A stretch of 64,000 bases of DNA, from IMG/VR virus record IMGVR_UViG_3300031957_001682, positions 1-64,000 of that record. The stretch is one strand, 5' to 3'. This stretch comes from a virus. A program made the translations under genes and the position numbers. This document shows, piece after piece, positions 1 through 9,915 of the stretch. Position 1 is the first letter of the stretch, and each line of letters starts with the position of its first letter. Under the pieces are notes generated by a model. It searched no databases, was not told the DNA's origin, and saw only the letters and a list, made by a program, of their open reading frames with translations.

Positions 1-11
1 AAGAAAAATCA

Positions 12-731
12 GTGTTAAAGTTAATTGATGAAGGTGATTTACTTGAGGCTGAAAAGTTGTTCAACAGTGCTATACCATCCCCTCCCGAACCGTATGAGTT
101 CGGTGAAGATGAGCAAATAGCGCAATGGGTGAAATGGCAGTTCAATCGCTTGGTTATCACCAAAGGCGAGCAATGGCGACCCGTCGCTATTGAAGCAAAC
201 ATACAGGCCACACGCTTCGTTGAAGTTGATGGTGTTCACATTCCTATTCACATGAACGGTTTCATTGACGGGCTGTTTGCTGATGACGATGGCTTCGCTC
301 TTATGGAATTGAAGACTGGGAAGTACAACAAAAACAAACCCACGGCCATGCGTAAAGAGATGCAATTTTACAAGATGATGCTTGAGCATAGCCCACACTA
401 CGAGTTCCTTCCTATCACCCATTGGGGATGGGAGTTCCCCGGTGGTGGTATCAACGGCGGCGATGGGCCTACCATGTTCTATGAAGATTCAAAGAAAGGG
501 GGCAGACACGCCTCCAAGAGTATTGAGAAGGGTTTGGTGCGCCTACTTGAAGCACACCTAAACATGGAGTTTCCACCCGACCCCGGTAATAACGAGTTCA
601 AATGTGGGTGGTGCAGTTTTCAAGAACACTGCGAGTATTGGAATCCGGCCAATGATTTAGAATGGCTGGAAAGTTCCGGTGCGAATAAGTTCTTGGACAA
701 ATTAGAAAAAGATGGAGAAGATGAAAAATGA
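12..731 (+). CDS. PD-(D/E)XK (Cas4/RecB-like) nuclease, probably 5'-truncated by the window edge
   Basis: GFIDG...MELKTG (D...ExK) core, QxxxY motif (MQFY), C-terminal CxxC-x5-C (CGWCSFQEHC) Fe-S type ligands. Confidence 0.8.
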   Translation: MLKLIDEGDLLEAEKLFNSAIPSPPEPYEFGEDEQIAQWVKWQFNRLVITKGEQWRPVAIEANIQATRFVEVDGVHIPIHMNGFIDGLFADDDGFALMELKTGKYNKNKPTAMRKEMQFYKMMLEHSPHYEFLPITHWGWEFPGGGINGGDGPTMFYEDSKKGGRHASKSIEKGLVRLLEAHLNMEFPPDPGNNEFKCGWCSFQEHCEYWNPANDLEWLESSGANKFLDKLEKDGEDEK

Positions 732-1030
732 TGGAAGCAATGATGATTTTAGAGCGCATGTTGAATGACAATACTGGTACATTTAACATTGAAGTGAAAG
801 TAAACAAAACGAGTGGTGGGCGTTTACCCAACCGTAAGATGTTCACTCGCCAAGTTATACGACAAACGAAACTAAGCGAGTTCGTGGACATAGGTGGAGA
901 AGCAACAAAGGAACACCCCTTGTTGGTCATCTATACGCTTCACCCCTCACACCTACGGGTGACGGCAGTGAACAAGTTGATTGATGCACTTTTGAAAGAC
1001 CTCGAAGTTTTACTACACGAAAAGCGGTGA
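728..1030 (+). CDS. hypothetical protein
   Basis: 100-aa ORF overlapping the upstream stop by 4 nt, GGAGA upstream, fills the operon gap. Confidence 0.7.
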   Translation: MMEAMMILERMLNDNTGTFNIEVKVNKTSGGRLPNRKMFTRQVIRQTKLSEFVDIGGEATKEHPLLVIYTLHPSHLRVTAVNKLIDALLKDLEVLLHEKR

Positions 1031-1034
1031 TAGC

Positions 1035-2126
1035 GTGCCCTTCGTACCTATTGACTACCCTCGTGAGGTACTCGAATTGCCGAGTAATGGTGAGCGGGGC
1101 TGGCGGCGTATTGTTCGTAGTTCAGCCGAACTTGAACAGTATTGGGCTGGTAAGAACGGAAGTGGTAATGTGTACTTTACCGCTTACGGTTTCAATGAAA
1201 CACAAGCACCTAAACACCACAGGGTTGACTACAACACACCGAAGATTCACCATTTTGTATTGGACTTCGATTGTAAGGATTTCAAGAGCAGGGGCAAGGA
1301 TGTTCCATTTGAAGTTCCACAAGCGGAAGTTAGAAAACTTCACAGTTATTTAATTGAAAAAGATACACTACACTACATTTGGTTTAGTGGGGGCGGCTAC
1401 CATGTATGGGTTCCTTTGGCTAAGACCCTTGAACCTAAAAACGGTAATGAACTTTCACGCATAAAACACTCCGGTAGGTTGCTCATTAACAAATGGGAAA
1501 GCAAACTCGGTGGCCTACGATGCAATGACCCTACGGTAGCGTTCGATACAAGCGGTATGATACGAATACCCAACTCATACAACGCCAAGCGGGAAGTGTG
1601 GGGTGTACCGTTGAGCAGTGACCTTGTTATGAATGCATCATACGATGACTTGATGGATATAGGTCAAGAATCTCACACAGGCTATGTACAGTTAGGTAGC
1701 ATCCCTATCGAATTAAACATTGTCAAAAGTGCCTTTGCTAACATGACACAAATAAAAACAGTGGAAATACCTACAGTATCACTCGATGACATTCACATGC
1801 TCCCCTGTCTTTCACAGGCCGCTATGGGTGGCGGCAATCCTACTCACAGGGCGAGGTTTCACCTTGCCTCCTACTTAGCCGACCGGCTTCGTATGTTCTT
1901 TCCCGCTTGGCGTATAGCCGAGAAGGAAAAGGAAGAGCATGTAGGTATGATTTCAAGAATCATTTCCGGTCAAGGTTGGGTGGATTATCAAAAAGAAAAA
2001 ACAGAAGAACAGGTACGCAGTATCGTGATGGCTGGTTATCCACACGCCACTTGTGCCACACTGTTTCAAGAAGGGTTCTGCATAGGTAAATGCAAATACT
2101 ATGATGGAACTGGCGATATGGAGTGA
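1035..2126 (+). CDS. archaeo-eukaryotic primase, catalytic PriS domain fused to PriL-like Fe-S C-terminal domain
   Basis: VLDFD (motif I), FSGGGYHVW (motif II), D..MIRIPNS (motif III); C-terminal LPCL...HRARF...C..C..C; GGTGA SD before GTG. Confidence 0.88.
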   Translation: MPFVPIDYPREVLELPSNGERGWRRIVRSSAELEQYWAGKNGSGNVYFTAYGFNETQAPKHHRVDYNTPKIHHFVLDFDCKDFKSRGKDVPFEVPQAEVRKLHSYLIEKDTLHYIWFSGGGYHVWVPLAKTLEPKNGNELSRIKHSGRLLINKWESKLGGLRCNDPTVAFDTSGMIRIPNSYNAKREVWGVPLSSDLVMNASYDDLMDIGQESHTGYVQLGSIPIELNIVKSAFANMTQIKTVEIPTVSLDDIHMLPCLSQAAMGGGNPTHRARFHLASYLADRLRMFFPAWRIAEKEKEEHVGMISRIISGQGWVDYQKEKTEEQVRSIVMAGYPHATCATLFQEGFCIGKCKYYDGTGDME

Positions 2127-2130
2127 TACT

Positions 2131-2430
2131 ATGAGCAATATATTTGACGCATACGATGATAAAATTAAACCTAAAAGAAGAAGAAACATTAACACGATTA
2201 AAAGAGTGATAAAATTACTCAAAGATGGGAATAAAAATACACGAGAGATACACTCTCATCTCCATGAAACTTGGCCTCGATGGTGTCCAAGTATGCCTCG
2301 ACTTGGAAATATTTTAAGTAAAAATCGTGAGTTTATTGAAGTCGGTAAAGAAAGAGCAGAAGCGAATTTATCCGGTGCTTACAATTTAGTTATTTGGGGG
2401 TTGGTTGATGAAACCGGACTTGATAATTGA
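2131..2430 (+). CDS. winged helix-turn-helix DNA-binding protein
   Basis: IKLLKDGNKNTREI...PSMPRLGNILS...IWGL pattern typical of archaeal wHTH; GGAGTGA SD before ATG 2131. Confidence 0.6.
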   Translation: MSNIFDAYDDKIKPKRRRNINTIKRVIKLLKDGNKNTREIHSHLHETWPRWCPSMPRLGNILSKNREFIEVGKERAEANLSGAYNLVIWGLVDETGLDN

Positions 2431-3103
2431 CAGTAATGAGCGTGGCTCGTTGTGTGAAGCCATTGAACGAAAGGCGAAGAAGGCTGGCCTAAATGTCGTA
2501 AGACAAACCCTTGTCGTAGGTGATTACCTACTCGGTGGTGCGTTAGTTGAGGCTAAAAGTATTCCCGACCTTTTCCAATCATCCCACTCCGGTCACCTAT
2601 GGCGACAACTCGATAACATGGATGCTAACTTTGAGCGTTTCTTCCTTGTCATACATGGCTCCATTGAGAAGTACATCACGATGGCGAAGCGCAACGGTAA
2701 GCAAGTAAGTTATTCAAGAGTACAGGCCGAAATGACAGGTACTATCGCTCGTATTATGAGCGACTTTGAATGCCAAGTATTCTTCACCCCCGATGTGAGT
2801 AGTGCATCTCAATTCATTGTGAAATTACATGACAAGTTGCACAAGCCAGCAAGCAAGCATGGCGCACAAAGCATACGAAGGGTAGCAAGCAATGACCTAC
2901 GACTGGACATGATAATGACCGTACCCGGTGTTGGTCGTGAAGTGGCCGAACGCTTACTCGAATCATGCGGTAGTATCGAAGAGATGTGCTTCCCCGAATC
3001 ACTCAAGCAAATCAAAGGCTTGGGTGAGGTAAGAAGAAAACTACTCATCAAGATACTTACAAGTGAAGAACCAGTGAAGCAAGAACGAAAAGTCCGACGA
3101 TAA
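2408..3103 (+). CDS. ERCC4/XPF-family structure-specific endonuclease with C-terminal HhH pair
   Basis: IIDSNE, GDYLL, VEAKS..DL (ERKxxxD variant), HhH motifs VPGVG and IKGLG. Confidence 0.88.
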   Translation: MKPDLIIDSNERGSLCEAIERKAKKAGLNVVRQTLVVGDYLLGGALVEAKSIPDLFQSSHSGHLWRQLDNMDANFERFFLVIHGSIEKYITMAKRNGKQVSYSRVQAEMTGTIARIMSDFECQVFFTPDVSSASQFIVKLHDKLHKPASKHGAQSIRRVASNDLRLDMIMTVPGVGREVAERLLESCGSIEEMCFPESLKQIKGLGEVRRKLLIKILTSEEPVKQERKVRR

Positions 3104-3113
3104 TATATAAAGA
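3104..3113 (+). promoter_or_regulatory. putative TATA box upstream of helicase gene
   Basis: TATATAAA in the intergenic gap about 25-30 nt before ATG 3139. Confidence 0.4.
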
Positions 3114-3138
3114 ACAAAAGAAAAAGGAAGTGAGAACA

Positions 3139-4578
3139 ATGAAATCATTCGCAGAAAAACAAGCAGAAATAGAGCAACATAAACCATACACGGCTTACAA
3201 AGCCGTACAGAAGTTCCCCGTTCTTGAGGGGTACTTACACCACTTTTCACAAACTTCCATGATGAATGAGATACCGGGCCTTCTTTCTTTCTTTTTTATT
3301 CAAGGGCAAGTTGCCTTACCCTATGTTCGTATTCCTACCGGTGACTCCCACCTTGACCCCCGTGTACATGTATTTTGGATTCAACCTTCTCGTACTGGTA
3401 AGTCAATCGCTTGGAACTTTATCAGTGAAATTATGGAAAGAATAAATGTCCCGTATGATTCATTTGCATCCGGTACAGATGCCGGTTTGATTGGTTCCAC
3501 CAATGCAGTGCTTGATGAAAACCATAAACCCACAGGAGAGTTTGAAACCGTTCCCGGCTTACTCGCAGGGCGTAAGGCCATCAACTTCGATGAAGGGTCT
3601 ATCCTACTCACTCCAAATAAACACAGTCAAGAAACTGTACTGTACCTACAAACAGCGTGTAATGCCGTTGGTAGCAATAGCAATGTACTGGTAAAACACA
3701 TGAAGGGGAATAAAATTGAGTGTGATTCTTTGGTATCTTTATGGATTACCACATACCCACCAAAGGGTGTTAAGGACTATGTGTTGACAAAAGGTATCTT
3801 TCAGCGTGTATTGCTGTACTGGGCGCATTGGGACATGGGTATGCGGCAAGAGGTGAGCAATATTCGTCTTGGAACCTTTTGGCAAAGGCCCAAAGAAAGC
3901 GATTTGACTAAAGACGATGTTTGTGATTACTTTGATGAAACACAAAAGCGACTACAGACCCGATTAAGGGACTTTGCACAAATACCGTGGTCAGTTTGGG
4001 ATGAAATGAATGATGAAGACCGAGAAGCATTGGTACAACACCACATGTGGGACATGTTCAAACCGGGCTTGAATTACACAAAAAGTTTGAGAGATGCATC
4101 GGAAGAGATTTACGGAGAACTCGTTAAAATGAACCCTACCATGTCGGAAATCGTAGCATCATTCACACCGGGTATTGAGAACTACCTCGGTATCATTTCC
4201 CTTCACATGGCACTACTCGATGAGTCATGGGAAATCAAAGAAGAACATGTTGAGATGGCTCATGAGATTTTACACGACCTGTTCCTAAACCTTATCTCAT
4301 GGCTTGAAGACTCCGTTGAAGTGAACGGAAACAAGGCCAAAGAGGGTAAGTTGCTTGAGCAGATGCTCAAAGCGTACAACGATAGCGTGGGCTATGAGAT
4401 TGAAGGACATAGCGGTGAGTGGCGTAGGAAGCAAGCGGTACTCACAATGTACACCGAAAACACCGGAGTATCGAAGAGTACAGCAGAAAGACATTTCAAA
4501 GATTATGCTTCCAAGATGTTTAACAGCCGCAAGCAAGGCAAGCGGATTTACTACCAACACAAGGCGGCGAAGAAATGA
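3139..4578 (+). CDS. AAA+ ATPase, probable MCM-like replicative helicase with C-terminal winged helix
   Basis: Walker A QPSRTGKS, TDAGLIG and PGLLA (MCM-like), Walker B INFDE, arginine finger IFQR, C-terminal HTH-like segment; next to primase. Confidence 0.7.
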   Translation: MKSFAEKQAEIEQHKPYTAYKAVQKFPVLEGYLHHFSQTSMMNEIPGLLSFFFIQGQVALPYVRIPTGDSHLDPRVHVFWIQPSRTGKSIAWNFISEIMERINVPYDSFASGTDAGLIGSTNAVLDENHKPTGEFETVPGLLAGRKAINFDEGSILLTPNKHSQETVLYLQTACNAVGSNSNVLVKHMKGNKIECDSLVSLWITTYPPKGVKDYVLTKGIFQRVLLYWAHWDMGMRQEVSNIRLGTFWQRPKESDLTKDDVCDYFDETQKRLQTRLRDFAQIPWSVWDEMNDEDREALVQHHMWDMFKPGLNYTKSLRDASEEIYGELVKMNPTMSEIVASFTPGIENYLGIISLHMALLDESWEIKEEHVEMAHEILHDLFLNLISWLEDSVEVNGNKAKEGKLLEQMLKAYNDSVGYEIEGHSGEWRRKQAVLTMYTENTGVSKSTAERHFKDYASKMFNSRKQGKRIYYQHKAAKK

Positions 4579-5180
4579 GTGACATAATGGCATTGGATAT
4601 TGAAACAGGCAACTACTCGTGGGAAATTGGAGGATGGGATAAGACCGCCTCCTTTGAGCCTACAGTTGTTGCTACATGGAACGGCAACGATGGTACGGTG
4701 TATTGCAATAAGTCACTGGACATTGATGCCACAGTGAAAGAACTTCATCCTCGTACACTCGGTGAGGACTTAGCAAAGCATGTGGCTGGCGGTGGCGTTG
4801 TCATCGGTCATAACATCAAGGGATTTGACTTACCTGTACTTCGTGATGCACTCGATTGCTGGACAGCGGGTGACATACTCGGTAAGGCCGATGCAGTCAT
4901 TGACACAAAGCACTTGGTACAGAAGGCGGCAACAGCCGTTGGTAAGGTATCAACAACTCTCGGTATGCTAACAAAGACCACTTTAGAGGACAATAAGTTA
5001 ATGAACAGTGAAGATGCGCCTTTAGCATGGAGAGCGGGTAAATTCGATGAGGTAGCCAAATACTGCCTTAGCGATGCCCAACTTACATTCGACCTATATC
5101 AATTCGGAAAGAGTGAGGGGTATATCAAATCACGAGATTTGGAAACTGGTGAAGTGGTCGAAATAGAAGTGGAATGGTGA
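4575..5180 (+). CDS. DEDD/DnaQ-like 3'-5' exonuclease (RNase_H_2/YprB-like)
   Basis: ALDIET (ExoI), GHNIKGFD (ExoII), YCLSD (ExoIII). Confidence 0.85.
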   Translation: MSDIMALDIETGNYSWEIGGWDKTASFEPTVVATWNGNDGTVYCNKSLDIDATVKELHPRTLGEDLAKHVAGGGVVIGHNIKGFDLPVLRDALDCWTAGDILGKADAVIDTKHLVQKAATAVGKVSTTLGMLTKTTLEDNKLMNSEDAPLAWRAGKFDEVAKYCLSDAQLTFDLYQFGKSEGYIKSRDLETGEVVEIEVEW

Positions 5181-5184
5181 AGAC

Positions 5185-6687
5185 ATGACGGAGATAGAAA
5201 GCACAAAGAGCAAAGCACAGATACACAACATCCGAGCGGCAAAGACGGTAGCAGATACCGTCAAATCGACCCTCGGACCTATGGGTATGGACAAACTGAT
5301 GGTTGACGGTGGAGGTGGTGTTATCGTGACAAACGATGGTGCTACCATCTTGCGTGAACTCGATGTATCTCACCCCGGTGGTAAGATGATTGTTGAAGTA
5401 GCGAAGACACAAGAGAACCTATGCTATGACGGTACTACAAGTACGGTCATTCTTGCAGGTCAACTACTCGGAAACAGCGAAATGCTGTTTGAGAAGGGAT
5501 TGCACCCAAATGTGATTTGTCGTGGTTATCACGAGGCATCACAAATGGCCGTTGAGTACCTTCGTACTAACATTTCACTCACAAGCAATGAGCGAGCCGT
5601 GTTGGTATCAGTTGCTAAAACTGCTATCACAGGTAAAGCACTTGAGAACTCACTCGATGCCGTCGCTGAACTATGTGTGGCCGCTGTCGAGAAGGCTGGC
5701 GATGCTGAAAGCGTGAAGGTCGTGTCCTTCCCCGGTGGTTCACTCGATGACTCGTACTTGTACGAAGGGTCGATTGTGAACAAGGACTATGTGCTTGAAG
5801 GCGAGGATGCCTACAGCAACATCGTTCTGTTGAACACCGGCCTTGAGAACGAGAAGAGTGAAGACAATGTACAGGTCCAACTTGATGCACAGTCATTCCA
5901 ATCATACAAATCATCGGGTAAGGCAAACCTCATCTCAACGGCTAAATTGCTTGTGAAAGCAATGCCGAAGGGTGGCGTAGTCTTTGTCCGTGATGCGGTC
6001 AATGACCATGTTTGCGCCCACCTCAAGAAGCACAACATCATGGTTGCTCGCAGGGTTCCCGAATCAACACTACGCTCATTGAGCAAGGTCACTGGTGCTA
6101 CTGTGTACCAAACAGCCGAGGAAGTCGATACCGCTACCAAGTGTACGATTGAACGACAACGACACAACGATGTGTGGTATCTCTTCGTACAGGGTAATGT
6201 CAAGAGTGATGAAGCAACACTCGTGCTAAGGGGTGCTACTACGCATACCCTTGAAGAAGTTGAGCGTGGTTTCGATGACGCTCTTGGTGTCGTATCATTA
6301 GTGTTGAAGAACGGCAACTTTGTTGTCGGTGGTGGAAACGCATACGCTCGTATGTCAGCCCATCTACGCCAACACGCCGCACAAATAGGTGGTAGGGCGC
6401 AGATGGCGATTGAAGCCTTTGCTGATGCCTTAGAGTGCATCCCTGCTACCATTGCCGAGAACGCTGGGCATGACCCACTTGATACAGTTCTCGCCATCCG
6501 TCACGAAATCCTACAGGGGAACCGTGAGATTGGCCCCGATGTACACAACGGTGGTGTGTGTAGTATGATGGAACTCGGTGTGTATGAACCCGCCGAACTT
6601 GTTCGTCAAGCAGTGTTGAGTGCCAGCGAGGTCACCAACTCCATCCTACGCATTGACGATATTATTGCACGAAGGCCAGCACAATGA
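5185..6687 (+). CDS. ths: group II chaperonin (thermosome-like) subunit
   Basis: TLGPMGMDK, TNDGATIL, DGTTS, LRG...EVERGFDDAL, GGG, IPATIAENAG, ILRIDDII. Confidence 0.95.
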   Translation: MTEIESTKSKAQIHNIRAAKTVADTVKSTLGPMGMDKLMVDGGGGVIVTNDGATILRELDVSHPGGKMIVEVAKTQENLCYDGTTSTVILAGQLLGNSEMLFEKGLHPNVICRGYHEASQMAVEYLRTNISLTSNERAVLVSVAKTAITGKALENSLDAVAELCVAAVEKAGDAESVKVVSFPGGSLDDSYLYEGSIVNKDYVLEGEDAYSNIVLLNTGLENEKSEDNVQVQLDAQSFQSYKSSGKANLISTAKLLVKAMPKGGVVFVRDAVNDHVCAHLKKHNIMVARRVPESTLRSLSKVTGATVYQTAEEVDTATKCTIERQRHNDVWYLFVQGNVKSDEATLVLRGATTHTLEEVERGFDDALGVVSLVLKNGNFVVGGGNAYARMSAHLRQHAAQIGGRAQMAIEAFADALECIPATIAENAGHDPLDTVLAIRHEILQGNREIGPDVHNGGVCSMMELGVYEPAELVRQAVLSASEVTNSILRIDDIIARRPAQ

Positions 6688-6762
6688 ACAGATACATTTG
6701 CCCATTTTGCGATGAACCATGCGAAGTATTGGTTGATGGAGATTTTTGTGAGGCTTGTTTCG

Positions 6763-6948
6763 ATGGGGCGACTGTTGGAGAAGTTAAAAGTAAAGTGTAG
6801 GGCTTGTGCCCATTGGCACATAGCACGACGCATATCGGCTCGCTACCTTGATGATGAGCGTGAGCGATTCCTGTTGCTACAGTGTAGGCAATGTGGGCAC
6901 TATTGGCAAGATACCGCAATTAAGAAAAACAACAGTGAAAGTAGTTGA
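6763..6948 (+). CDS. small Zn-ribbon protein
   Basis: CRAC...CRQCGHYW; GTGAGG SD-like site upstream of ATG 6763. Confidence 0.6.
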   Translation: MGRLLEKLKVKCRACAHWHIARRISARYLDDERERFLLLQCRQCGHYWQDTAIKKNNSESS

Positions 6949-6984
6949 GAATAATTTTTCTTCTTCTATTTTGAATCGCCCTAT
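6949..6984. terminator. convergence point of the two gene blocks; T-rich putative archaeal terminator
   Basis: 36-nt gap between convergent stops containing TTTTTCTTCTTCTATTTT. Confidence 0.45.
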
Positions 6985-8163
6985 TCACACTAACCGAACA
7001 AAGGTTGGGCTATTACCACTTACTGTACAGACGAAACGACCGTACCCACTTGCGGCAATAGTAGCACCTGCAAAGGTGGCGGTGTCACCAGTGTCTTGAT
7101 TCAAAATCTCAACGATATATCCCGCAGGGAACGCACCATTGGTAGTAATACCACATGTACCACTTCGTGCGGTCAAAATCAAAATGTTAGCATCAGTTGA
7201 CTTAATTACCAATGTTGTAAGGGCTGTTGTCAACACACGGTCAAACACTGAACGAGTGAAACGGGCGGCGTGAGTACCACTGTAGTACAACACATCCTTA
7301 TCGTTGTCACCTGCTGTAGTGCTGGCGATTTGTGCCCCAAAGGATTGCCACATTGCACCAAAGCGTGAGCCAGTAAGACCACCCACTTCACCACTGTGGA
7401 AGTTATCGAGTTTTGTATGTGATTCAATAGAGTCAGTGGATGTAATGTCACCACTGGTGACGGGTGAGAAGTACATTGGTGATGGTCGAATGAACACACG
7501 CTTGTCATTCACTTCTGTGATAGCCAATTGTATGTTATCTCCCCCAGCGTCATGAACGACACGGAGGACAGCGAGAACGAGTGTTTGTTTATTTGCTAAA
7601 GCGGTGTATGAGGAACTTACATTTCTTGAAGGGTTATCAAGAAAACTTTTAGGGGAAGCAGGGTAATTGTTAGTGCCTACAGTAGTGGGTGTGCCTAACT
7701 CCCAATAAATATGTTTTACATCAGTATGGTCATCAGCACACACATAGACGACAACGAGTGCTTCTTGACCACTGGTAAGGTTTGATGGTCCACTATTATG
7801 AGAATTACTGGCACTGCTTGTATTCAGTGTGTAAGTTGTTGTTGCACCCACACCACCTGCAAATTGATACATGACACCATCAAGAACAGCGTACCCACCT
7901 TTCACAGTGAAAGTAGTACCACTGGCATAATTGACAGCACCGGGTAGGTTGGCGGGGGTATTCCTGTCACCTTCGCCTACGGAGGTGTCGTCGTACATCA
8001 TGATACCATTACCGTGTACACCCTCAATCATGTTGGTGAGTGTAGGTGATATGATGTGTTCACCATCAGTTAAGCCATCAGCGTTAGTCGCTGTTGTCAC
8101 TGTCAAGTTCTTATTCGTATGTCCCGATACCGGATTGCCGTTTCCCATGTCATGCCACCTCAA
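6985..8163 (-). CDS. virion structural protein (tail/fibre-like, beta-rich)
   Basis: T/G/S-rich 392 aa; FTVKGGYAVLDG and VNDKRVF segments resemble baseplate/fibre N-terminal domains; last gene of the tail block. Confidence 0.55.
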   Translation of the reverse strand: MRWHDMGNGNPVSGHTNKNLTVTTATNADGLTDGEHIISPTLTNMIEGVHGNGIMMYDDTSVGEGDRNTPANLPGAVNYASGTTFTVKGGYAVLDGVMYQFAGGVGATTTYTLNTSSASNSHNSGPSNLTSGQEALVVVYVCADDHTDVKHIYWELGTPTTVGTNNYPASPKSFLDNPSRNVSSSYTALANKQTLVLAVLRVVHDAGGDNIQLAITEVNDKRVFIRPSPMYFSPVTSGDITSTDSIESHTKLDNFHSGEVGGLTGSRFGAMWQSFGAQIASTTAGDNDKDVLYYSGTHAARFTRSVFDRVLTTALTTLVIKSTDANILILTARSGTCGITTNGAFPAGYIVEILNQDTGDTATFAGATIAASGYGRFVCTVSGNSPTFVRLV

Positions 8164-8494
8164 TTAAAATTTCAATGTTAATTTCATTTGCCGATGTTTT
8201 GATAATCGGCTTTGTCGTATAACGAGCGACTGGTGTGAAGTCGGAGGTGCTACGATTCTGTATGTACACCTCACGAATCTTATCATCGAATGCATCATCA
8301 ATACTCATGGATGCTTCGACAAGGAGAGCAGTGTCGTCAATAATCGTCACTGTCGGCGTGAGGACAACGGCAGGGCGACCAGCCGCTCCATCCTCCGAAG
8401 TAGCCGGTGTACCGTCGAAACCTACCACTACTTCGTTGATGTTATCAGCGATGGTCTGTAGGAGCAAACGGCGTATGTGATTCGATACTGGCAT
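8150..8494 (-). CDS. putative baseplate/tail-collar-like protein
   Basis: 114 aa; IREV...VARY...IIKT...IEI pattern resembles tail-collar-like proteins; tail block context. Confidence 0.5.
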   Translation of the reverse strand: MPVSNHIRRLLLQTIADNINEVVVGFDGTPATSEDGAAGRPAVVLTPTVTIIDDTALLVEASMSIDDAFDDKIREVYIQNRSTSDFTPVARYTTKPIIKTSANEINIEILIEVA

Positions 8495-8495
8495 G

Positions 8496-9914
8496 TCAAT
8501 AACTCCTGTACTCGGATTTGTTTACACCTATCGGTAGCCCTTCTCCACCAATTTTGCCTCTTGTCTTCGTGCCTTTAACCCCTCCGATGAGGAAGGCGGT
8601 GTTGTGTACACCTCGTTCTGTCACTGTGGAAGTAATACGCAACTCAATCTTACCAAACATGGATAGGTTCTCTTCGACAATCTGTACATAGGTGAGTGGT
8701 GCTTCTGTGCCGGAAACAGCATTTGCTCCCTCGCTTATGCCTTGCAGTACCCCTTCTATACCCGACTCGATGTTAAGCATGGTTAGGTCGGTGTAGCCTG
8801 TGAGTGGTGTGTGTCTTGCTTCTGTGATGACACGGTTTACCCCACCGTACTCGATGGTCATACCGGGGCGTAGGTGGGTCAAACCCGGATGCCCCTCACT
8901 GCTGATTGCACCAGCAGAAAGCGTATTACCTCGTAGGATTTGACGACCCACACTCTTTGCCTTTCTGCTTGAGCGTACAGTCATATCAACGATAGGTGCG
9001 GGTTCTTCTCGTATCTCACCGTTGATACCGCTTTGTCTTTCAGTATCATTAACAGTGACAATAACCAAGTCATTCAATGCCATTGGTTGTCCTTGTACTG
9101 TGATTCGATTGGGTGTGTTGTCCACGGGGTCTGTGCGGGTCGAGCCAAAGTGGAAGTCAGCATCCACTGTAGCAGTGGCTTCACTGAATGTGATAGGTAC
9201 ATAGAGCATATTACCAAACCGGTCCATCAACACCATACGGCTGTCGTGTCGTCCAATGAAACGCAGTGCTGTCATCAAGTTGACATTAGCGAAGTCTTGA
9301 CCGAGGAAACGATTGGAGTGCATTCTTCGACCATTGTTGTTGTTTGTAGCGGCCATGTTGCGGCCAATGTTGAAACTGTTCATGCTCGTAGTAGCCTGTT
9401 GACCTAAGCGAATCGCCATGTCGGTAGTACGAAGACCAACATCAATCGGCTGTCCCAACTTAACTTCACGCTCAAAGAAGCCGAGGTCGTTAAGTGTTTT
9501 ACCTTTCATATTTCTTAAGTTCATTAAGATACCAACAGTGCTTGACTCAAGCGTTGAGGTCACCAAGCGTTGGGCTGGGTTGTCGGCGTTGTAAACAAGC
9601 ATTGGTTTGTTGGTTGAACTCAATACATTGTCGCCTAAAAAGGGTACTGCGGTACTACTGTGGCCCGGAGTTTCTTTATGTGTGATTTGAATTGACGACT
9701 CACCCTCAACGATTTGATAGCGAGTTTCGGGCATGACTTGGAAGGTGGATGCGTTGCTGTTTTCAATAGTGACCTTCGCCTGTACGCCTGTACTCGTGTC
9801 CACCTTTGCATGATGAACGGCGTTGTCAACAAACACTGGCTTACGCACATGGTCCATCACTGCGGGCATGTCGGTATTGAAACGACCAACAACTGTGTTC
9901 TTGATTACCACCAT
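8496..9914 (-). CDS. putative tail hub/baseplate protein (gpD/gp27-like)
   Basis: MDRFGNMLY, NRITVQG, HLRPGMTI...VITEARH patterns typical of hub proteins; position. Confidence 0.55.
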   Translation of the reverse strand: MVVIKNTVVGRFNTDMPAVMDHVRKPVFVDNAVHHAKVDTSTGVQAKVTIENSNASTFQVMPETRYQIVEGESSIQITHKETPGHSSTAVPFLGDNVLSSTNKPMLVYNADNPAQRLVTSTLESSTVGILMNLRNMKGKTLNDLGFFEREVKLGQPIDVGLRTTDMAIRLGQQATTSMNSFNIGRNMAATNNNNGRRMHSNRFLGQDFANVNLMTALRFIGRHDSRMVLMDRFGNMLYVPITFSEATATVDADFHFGSTRTDPVDNTPNRITVQGQPMALNDLVIVTVNDTERQSGINGEIREEPAPIVDMTVRSSRKAKSVGRQILRGNTLSAGAISSEGHPGLTHLRPGMTIEYGGVNRVITEARHTPLTGYTDLTMLNIESGIEGVLQGISEGANAVSGTEAPLTYVQIVEENLSMFGKIELRITSTVTERGVHNTAFLIGGVKGTKTRGKIGGEGLPIGVNKSEYRSY

Positions 9915-9915
9915 G

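Noticed and set aside
12-731. Cas4-like gene as sign of a CRISPR-Cas locus
   Set aside because: No repeat-spacer array or other cas genes seen; stand-alone Cas4-like nucleases are common in archaeal viruses
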